Shown: piece by piece, positions 58,281-64,000 of the stretch
Position numbering within the stretch: position 1 is the first letter of the stretch
Layout: every line of letters starts with the position of its first letter
Origin: Candidatus Moraniibacteriota bacterium
Lineage (GTDB): Bacteria; Patescibacteriota; Minisyncoccia; Moranbacterales; UBA1568
Length of the DNA stretch: 64,000 nucleotides
Reading direction: 5' to 3'
Assembly (NCBI GenBank): GCA_023261645.1
Contig: JAHFOO010000001.1
Location: 67,871-131,870, forward strand
Position numbers and translations under genes: made by a program
Notes under the pieces: generated by a model
Databases searched by the model: none
What the model was told of the DNA's origin: nothing
The model's input: the letters and a program-made list of their open reading frames with translations, nothing else

Positions 58281-59138
58281 ATGATCGATAAAAAATTGTA
58301 TGATATGCCGAGAGAGACGGATATAGCCTGGTGTCCAGGATGTGGTAATTTTCCTATCCTCAACATCGTGAAGATGGCACTTTCCGAACTCGATCGAGCG
58401 CCGGAGGACGTAGTTATCTGTTCGGGTATAGGACAAGCTGCCAAGACACCGCACTATTTGCGTGTCAATTATTTCAATGGTTTGCACGGACGCGCGCTTC
58501 CGCCAGCCATCGCCATCAAGGTCTCCAATCCCAAATTGACTGTTATTGCCGAGAGTGGAGATGGTGATACTTATGGCGAGGGAGGCAATCATTTTATGCA
58601 TACCATTCGTCGTAATCCGGATATCACCAATATCGTACACGATAATATGATTTATGGTTTGACGAAGGGACAGGCTTCACCAACGAGCGAGAAAGGACTC
58701 AAAAACCCGATTCAACCGGAGGGCGTGATCGTGGATCAATTCAATCCTTTGGCAGTGGCATTGTCGCTCGGTGCGACATTTGTGGCACGAGCTTTCTCGG
58801 GAGATATCCTTCAGACGAAAGAAATCATCAAGGAAGCCATCCTCCACAAAGGCTATGCCCTCGTCGATGTCTTTCAGCCGTGTGTGGTATTCAACAAGCA
58901 GAATACCTATCAGTGGTTCAGAGAGAAAGGATATTATGTCGATGAAAATCATAACAGGAGCGATAAGATGAAGGCTTTCGAACTAGCTTTCGATCTCGAC
59001 CGTCTGGCTCTCGGTGTCATCTATCAGCGCGAAGGCAAACCAACGTATGAAACATCAGTTCGCGAAGGAGATGAACCGCTGTATAAAAAAACATTTGATA
59101 AGGCAGCCTTGAAGAATCTTATCAACACATACAGATAA
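58281..59138 (+). CDS. korB: 2-oxoacid:ferredoxin oxidoreductase beta subunit
   Basis: WCPGCG, HGR, GDGD, YGLTKGQ.SPT, QPCVVF. Confidence 0.93.
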   Translation: MIDKKLYDMPRETDIAWCPGCGNFPILNIVKMALSELDRAPEDVVICSGIGQAAKTPHYLRVNYFNGLHGRALPPAIAIKVSNPKLTVIAESGDGDTYGEGGNHFMHTIRRNPDITNIVHDNMIYGLTKGQASPTSEKGLKNPIQPEGVIVDQFNPLAVALSLGATFVARAFSGDILQTKEIIKEAILHKGYALVDVFQPCVVFNKQNTYQWFREKGYYVDENHNRSDKMKAFELAFDLDRLALGVIYQREGKPTYETSVREGDEPLYKKTFDKAALKNLINTYR

Positions 59139-59158
59139 CGTACACTTTGTTTGGCAAT

Positions 59159-59190
59159 AAAAAAACTATCCGGTAAAGGGTAGTTTTTTT
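59159..59190. terminator. Bidirectional terminator
   Basis: AAAAAAACTATCC-N6-GGGTAGTTTTTTT. Confidence 0.75.
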
Positions 59191-59506
59191 AATCGAGGCC
59201 GAGCTGGATTTTCGTTTCCTCAGTCATTTTGTCTACTGTCCAGGGCGGGTCGAAGGTAAGGTCAATCTTCACTTCATCGATTTCAGGAATTTCCATCACC
59301 TGATTTTCTATTTCGCTCTGTATTTGAGCGAAGAGTGGGCAACCGATAGTCGTTAGTGTCATCGTGATAGAACAGACGCCATCTTTGTCTATATTGATTT
59401 CATAAATCAGCCCAAGATCTAAGATGGACACACCTAGTTCGGGATCGAGCACTTTTTTGAGCTGTCCCTTGACTCGATCTTTGATGGATATTTTCTTGGA
59501 GGGCAT
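59189..59506 (-). CDS. DUF59/SufT-like metal-sulfur cluster protein
   Basis: DPELGVSILDLGLIY, TLTTIGCP, FDPPW. Confidence 0.92.
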   Translation of the reverse strand: MPSKKISIKDRVKGQLKKVLDPELGVSILDLGLIYEINIDKDGVCSITMTLTTIGCPLFAQIQSEIENQVMEIPEIDEVKIDLTFDPPWTVDKMTEETKIQLGLD

Positions 59507-59565
59507 AATTTTTTCGGTGACAATCTGATACCTACGTTTTATTTTAGGGGGTTTGACTCCAAAGA

Positions 59566-59838
59566 TTATTCCGGGAAGATAACTTTTCCTGTTTCATCTT
59601 TGATGATAATGGCGGCGACAGGGCAGGAACGTGCGGCATTGAGGATAGTCTCTTTGTCATCTTCACTGACCGTAGTCAAGATACCGGCCTTACCGTCATC
59701 ATTTAGGGCGAATGTTTTAGGAGCCATCGCCGTGCATGGTGCGGCACCGATACAGACATTGGCATCGACTTCTACTGTCCAACCATTGTTCATTTTTATC
59801 GGACCGTGTGGTTTTGCGTCGTCTTTCCATTGTGGCAT
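59566..59838 (-). CDS. Ferredoxin ([3Fe-4S]-type motif)
   Basis: CIGAAPC...CPVAAI. Confidence 0.9.
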   Translation of the reverse strand: MPQWKDDAKPHGPIKMNNGWTVEVDANVCIGAAPCTAMAPKTFALNDDGKAGILTTVSEDDKETILNAARSCPVAAIIIKDETGKVIFPE

Positions 59839-59871
59839 ACTGTTTCTTTTATTGATTTAATTATTTTTTTG

Positions 59872-60042
59872 AGTATATTATTCCCAAAAATTCATTTTTA
59901 CTCACCGCAAGACTCATCATCTCTCTGTTCTTCATAAAAAATTTCCCTCACTCAACGGCACCCATAGGAAATTTTTTAAGAACAGAGGACTCTTCAAACA
60001 AGTTGCGGAACCGGAAAAATAAACTTTTGGAAATAATATATT
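59872..60042. repeat. Long palindromic element family B, copy 2 (no insert)
   Basis: AGTATATTATTCCCAAAA/TTTTGGAAATAATATATT outer stem; core shared with 17353-17484. Confidence 0.75.
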
Positions 60043-60406
60043 ACTTGGATTGTGTGAGAGCTTTCTTGACTGTCTCGAGCGAGAGGAGTCCACATTTCAG
60101 CCGATTGGGCGAAAGGGTCACGCCGAGGAGCTCGAGGATGTCTTTCGGTTCGAGCATAAGGGCTTTTTCTACGGATTGATTCTTGATGTGTTCCGTCAAA
60201 AGAGAAGCCGATGCTTGGGAGATGGCACATCCAGAACCGGAAAACTTCACATCCTCTATGATATCATTTTTGACGATTATGTCTATACAGAGCTTGTCTC
60301 CACAGGAAAGATTGCTCACTTCAGCATAGTGGGTAGCGTTTTTCAGAACGCCCTGGTTTCGAGGGTTTCGATAGTGATCCAAAATGAGGTCTTGATAGAG
60401 AGACAT
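60041..60406 (-). CDS. sufU: SufU/IscU Fe-S scaffold
   Basis: ILDHYRNPRN, NLSCGD, GCAISQAS, RLKC. Confidence 0.92.
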   Translation of the reverse strand: MSLYQDLILDHYRNPRNQGVLKNATHYAEVSNLSCGDKLCIDIIVKNDIIEDVKFSGSGCAISQASASLLTEHIKNQSVEKALMLEPKDILELLGVTLSPNRLKCGLLSLETVKKALTQSK

Positions 60407-60409
60407 ATA

Positions 60410-61672
60410 TTATTTGCTGAACATTGTTTGAATTTCTTCGAGAATGGCAATGCATTTGTCGATATCTTTTTTGGAATTGTAGATTGAAAAAGAAATCCGT
60501 GTCGTTGCGTGGAGGCCGAGACTTTTGTGGAGAGGAGAAGCACAATGTTCACCGGCTCGTACGCAAATATCGTGCTCGCCCAAGGTAGCTGCAATGTCAT
60601 GCGGGTGAATAGTGCTCAGCGTAAAAGCGATGATACCACTTTGTTTTTCCGGGTATGTTGGTCCGATAATATGGATGTTTTCACCGAATGTTTCTCGGAG
60701 ACGATTGAGAGCATAGACAGTGAGAGTATGTTCGTACTTTTGTATATTTTCCATTCCGATGCTTTTCATATAGTCGATGGCCGTACCGAGGGCGATGATG
60801 CCTCCGATGTTCGGTGTTCCGGCCTCGAAACGATACGGAGCTTCTTTGTAGACGGTTTCATCGGCACAGGCGTCAATTACCATACCTCCGCCGAAAGTGA
60901 CCGGAGAAAGAGTGTTGAGGAGAGAAGATTTCCCGTACAAAATTCCTACACCTGTCGGGCCGAACATCTTGTGTCCTGAAAAGGCTACGAAGTCAGCATT
61001 CCATTCTGAAACGTCGATCGGCATATGAGAAACAGCTTGAGCCGCATCGATGACGACGATCGTGCTTGGGTTGATATTTTTTATAAGAGTAGTTATCTCT
61101 TTGACAGGATTTATCGTGCCCAGGACATTGGAAACAGCCGAAAAGGCGACGATTTTTGTGCGTTCATCGATAGTGTTTTTCAATATTTCGATATCGATAG
61201 TCCCTTTTTCGGTGAGAGGAATGACACGGAAATGAAGACCATTCTTTTTCGCCAATTCCTTCCAGGGGAGGAAATTGGAATGATGTTCCATCGCTGTCGT
61301 GATGATGGTATCTCCAGCCTCCAGTCGTGATGCGAGTAACCGTGCGGCAAGATTGAGAGAGTCCGTCGTTCCGGATGTGAAAATGATTTCTTTTGCGCTT
61401 TCGGCACCAATGAAAGTGGAGACTTTTTCACGCACCATCTCGAATTTCTCGGTCGCTTTTTCGGCCAGAGGGTAGAGCCCGCGAGCAATATTGGCAGAAT
61501 AGTGTTCGAGATATTCTTTCTCTGCTTCGATAACGACTCTTGGTTTGAGCGTCGTGGCAGCCGAATCCAGGTAGACTAAATCAGGCCCGCCTGCAACGCT
61601 ATGCGTAGCATTTCGGGCAGGATGATAAGTGAATATTGGGAAATCCTTTTTGATTGTTTGTGGCGAAAACAT
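60410..61672 (-). CDS. sufS: Cysteine desulfurase
   Basis: YLDSAAT, EHHSN, DAAQ, SGHKMFGP, RAGEHCA. Confidence 0.95.
   Translation of the reverse strand: MFSPQTIKKDFPIFTYHPARNATHSVAGGPDLVYLDSAATTLKPRVVIEAEKEYLEHYSANIARGLYPLAEKATEKFEMVREKVSTFIGAESAKEIIFTSGTTDSLNLAARLLASRLEAGDTIITTAMEHHSNFLPWKELAKKNGLHFRVIPLTEKGTIDIEILKNTIDERTKIVAFSAVSNVLGTINPVKEITTLIKNINPSTIVVIDAAQAVSHMPIDVSEWNADFVAFSGHKMFGPTGVGILYGKSSLLNTLSPVTFGGGMVIDACADETVYKEAPYRFEAGTPNIGGIIALGTAIDYMKSIGMENIQKYEHTLTVYALNRLRETFGENIHIIGPTYPEKQSGIIAFTLSTIHPHDIAATLGEHDICVRAGEHCASPLHKSLGLHATTRISFSIYNSKKDIDKCIAILEEIQTMFSK
61586..61621. repeat. 36-bp REP-like palindrome inserted in frame in sufS
   Basis: Minus strand CCTGCCCGAAATGCTACGCATAGCGTTGCAGGCGGG = PARNATHSVAGG. 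Confidence 0.9.
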
Positions 61673-61682
61673 AGAGTAAATT

Positions 61683-62279
61683 TTAATTTTCAATTCCTAC
61701 TGTTTCTCTGATATTTTTTATTTCTGTCATACCTACTCCGAGAGCTTCTATTTTTTCGAGTGCATCATTCCAGAAGCCCGAGAGGAGAAGTTCCTCTGCT
61801 TGGGTGCAAGAGAGGCCACGTGCTTCCGCAAAGAAAAGGGTTTCTTTGTTGAGAGGGCTGGCCGTGGCTTTGTGGTTGCAAATGACATCGTTTGCCAGAA
61901 TTTCCAGGGTTGGTTTCATAGAGACCAGAGCATCGGAAGAGAGGAGAATAGCACGACTTTCTTGCGAGGCATCACTCTTGGAGCTTTGTTTATCGATAGA
62001 GATGGTTCCTTCATATGCACATATCGCTTCATCTGAGACAATGCTTTTGACAAGCGTATGAGAGGTCGTTTTTGGCGCCCGATGATTCTGTATGATCCGG
62101 AGTGAATGTTTTTCAACGCCTTTCCCGATAAAGAAAGCAAAGATATAAGCCTCTGCATTGATGCCTGCAAGTTTGAATGTGATCTCTCCTGAACGATTGA
62201 ACAAGAAAAAAACACGTTTCTCGTTTTCTTTGAGTGTGTAGAGTGTCTTCTTCTCTTGTGATATGTCTTTGAATTGCAT
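61683..62279 (-). CDS. sufD: SufD-like protein (short)
   Basis: PTLEILANDVICNHKAT, LFFAEARG. Confidence 0.8.
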   Translation of the reverse strand: MQFKDISQEKKTLYTLKENEKRVFFLFNRSGEITFKLAGINAEAYIFAFFIGKGVEKHSLRIIQNHRAPKTTSHTLVKSIVSDEAICAYEGTISIDKQSSKSDASQESRAILLSSDALVSMKPTLEILANDVICNHKATASPLNKETLFFAEARGLSCTQAEELLLSGFWNDALEKIEALGVGMTEIKNIRETVGIEN

Positions 62280-62283
62280 ATTT

Positions 62284-63690
62284 TTAGCCGATAGATCCCT
62301 CCATATTCATATTTATGAGTCTGTTCAATTCGATAGAATATTCAAGTGGTATCTCTTTGACGACCGGATCGATAAATCCGTTGACGAGTAATCCTTCAGC
62401 ATCTTCTTTCTTGATACCGCGAGAGGTGAGATAGAACAATTTTTCTTCACCTATCTTTTCTACTGTCGCTTCGTGTTCGAATGTGGCACTTTCTTCTTTT
62501 GTGGACATCATCGGATAGGTATCCGATCGTGAGATGTCATCGAGGAGAAGCGCATCACAGACAACAGAAGCTTTGGCGTTTTTGGCGCCACGTCCGATAT
62601 GAACCAGACCGCGATACGACGTCCGCCCACCGTCTTTGGAAACAGATTTGGAAACAACCCGTGATGTAGTGTCAGGCGCGAGATGGACCATTTTGGCGCC
62701 GGCATCCTGGTGTTGATCTTTGCCGGCATAGGCGATAGAGAGTACTTCTCCACGAGCACCACGTCCCGTGAGATAGACAGCGGGATATTTCATCGTGATG
62801 CCCGATCCGATGTTACAGTCTACCCACTCCATCCTGGCATTTTCTTCGGCACGAGCCCGCTTGGTCACGAGGTTGAAAATATTCTTGCTCCAATTCTGAA
62901 CAGTCGTATAGCGGACGTGAGCATTTTTCTTGACGAATATTTCTACGACAGCAGAATGTAGCGATGAAGTAGTATAGATAGGAGCAGTACAGCCTTCGAC
63001 ATAGTGCACGGAACTGCCTTCTTCGGCAATGATGAGTGTCCGTTCGAATTGACCAAAAGCTTCGGCATTGATACGGAAGTAGGCCTGAAGCGGGAGTTTG
63101 ACTTTCACTCCTTTTGGCACGTACACGAAGGATCCTCCAGACCAGACAGCGGAATTGAGTGCGGCAAATTTGTTATCGTGAGTCGGAATAAGGGTACCGA
63201 AATATTCTTTGACGATATCCGGATATTTTTTCACTGCGGTATCCATATCACAGAAAATAACACCAAGCTTGGTGAGTTCGCGTTCGATGCTTTCATAGAC
63301 CACCTCGGATTCGTATTGTGCGGAGACTCCTGAGAGGAATTTTTTCTCTGCTTCCGGCACGCCGATACGATCGTATGTGTCTTTGATTTCTTTTGGGAGA
63401 TCATCCCAGCTGGTCGCTTGAGCATCGGTCGCTTTCAGATAATAGGTGATAGCATCAAAATCGATTTTGGAGAGATTCGCGCCCCATTTCGGCATCGGCT
63501 TTTCTTTGAAAACCTCATAAGCGTGCAGGCGGATATCACGCATCCACTCGGATTCGTTTTTTATCTGAGAAATTTCAGCGACAATTTCCTTGCTTAAGCC
63601 AAGCGTGGTCTTATGAACTGAACGTTCCGGCATAGCAAAACCGTACTTGTAGTCTCCGAGATCCGTATCTTTTCTCTTTGTACTCTTCAT
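62284..63690 (-). CDS. sufB: Fe-S cluster assembly protein SufB
   Basis: GQFERTLII, YVEGCTAP, SDTYP, EHEAT. Confidence 0.97.
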   Translation of the reverse strand: MKSTKRKDTDLGDYKYGFAMPERSVHKTTLGLSKEIVAEISQIKNESEWMRDIRLHAYEVFKEKPMPKWGANLSKIDFDAITYYLKATDAQATSWDDLPKEIKDTYDRIGVPEAEKKFLSGVSAQYESEVVYESIERELTKLGVIFCDMDTAVKKYPDIVKEYFGTLIPTHDNKFAALNSAVWSGGSFVYVPKGVKVKLPLQAYFRINAEAFGQFERTLIIAEEGSSVHYVEGCTAPIYTTSSLHSAVVEIFVKKNAHVRYTTVQNWSKNIFNLVTKRARAEENARMEWVDCNIGSGITMKYPAVYLTGRGARGEVLSIAYAGKDQHQDAGAKMVHLAPDTTSRVVSKSVSKDGGRTSYRGLVHIGRGAKNAKASVVCDALLLDDISRSDTYPMMSTKEESATFEHEATVEKIGEEKLFYLTSRGIKKEDAEGLLVNGFIDPVVKEIPLEYSIELNRLINMNMEGSIG

Positions 63691-63691
63691 A

Positions 63692-64000
63692 TTATTTGAT
63701 ATATTCAAAACCCTTTTCTTCGATTCTTTTGGCAAGGGCACCTGTCCCTGTTTTGACGAGACGACCGTCTTTGATGATCAGAACTTCTTGTGGTTCTATG
63801 TATTTGAGGAGACGAGTTGAATGAGTGATGAAGACAGTTGTCGTCGTTTTGGGGAGATGTTTCTTCAGGAAACGAGAAATAGTTCTGAGTGCATCGACAT
63901 CGACACCGGTATCGATTTCATCGAAAAGAGCGAATGAGGGTGTTAGGAGTACTGCCTGGAGAGCTTCGAGCTTTTTCTTTTCACCGCCTGAGAAACCATC
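63692..64000 (-). CDS. sufC: SufC ABC ATPase, C-terminal part; runs off the right edge
   Basis: DGFSGGEKKKLE, FDEIDTGVDVDAL, ITH. Confidence 0.93.
   Translation of the reverse strand, partial: DGFSGGEKKKLEALQAVLLTPSFALFDEIDTGVDVDALRTISRFLKKHLPKTTTTVFITHSTRLLKYIEPQEVLIIKDGRLVKTGTGALAKRIEEKGFEYIK

Noticed and set aside
1-64000. Alternative genetic code (TGA=Gly/Trp or TAA reassigned) as the cause of the internal stops
   Set aside because: TGA and TAA both end many genes at expected positions (for example rsmA TGA, rpsO TAA), long genes are otherwise stop-free, and the interrupted sites align to Tyr and Arg

Overview
Bacterial chromosomal window with a gene set typical of Patescibacteria/CPR (Parcubacteria, possibly Moranbacteria; this is inference from gene content, SD-less T-ATG starts and palindromic insertions). 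Housekeeping genes are gyrA, ispG, rpsO-NYN-pnp, yraN, lspA, comM, rsmA, pcrA, a Xer recombinase, xseAB, korAB and a SUF operon. A cell-surface block holds a LysM-CHAP hydrolase, VirB6/PrgI/VirB4-like genes, a CPBP protease, a CAP protein, a 2529-aa adhesin and a sortase. The most notable signals are: (1) a ~700-nt ORF-free, highly structured region (about 11027-11720) behind a consensus sigma70 promoter with two boxA-like motifs, a candidate large non-coding RNA of a class I do not recognise; (2) single in-frame stop codons at conserved residues near the 5' ends of gyrA (TAA) and comM (TGA); (3) families of long palindromic elements with compensatory changes, into which short REP-like palindromes are inserted, some in frame within proteins; (4) a giant sortase substrate whose LPATG sorting signal is internal and followed by a second signal peptide and a second ectodomain. 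No tRNA, rRNA or CRISPR array was recognised. All calls are by eye; no searches or folding programs were run.
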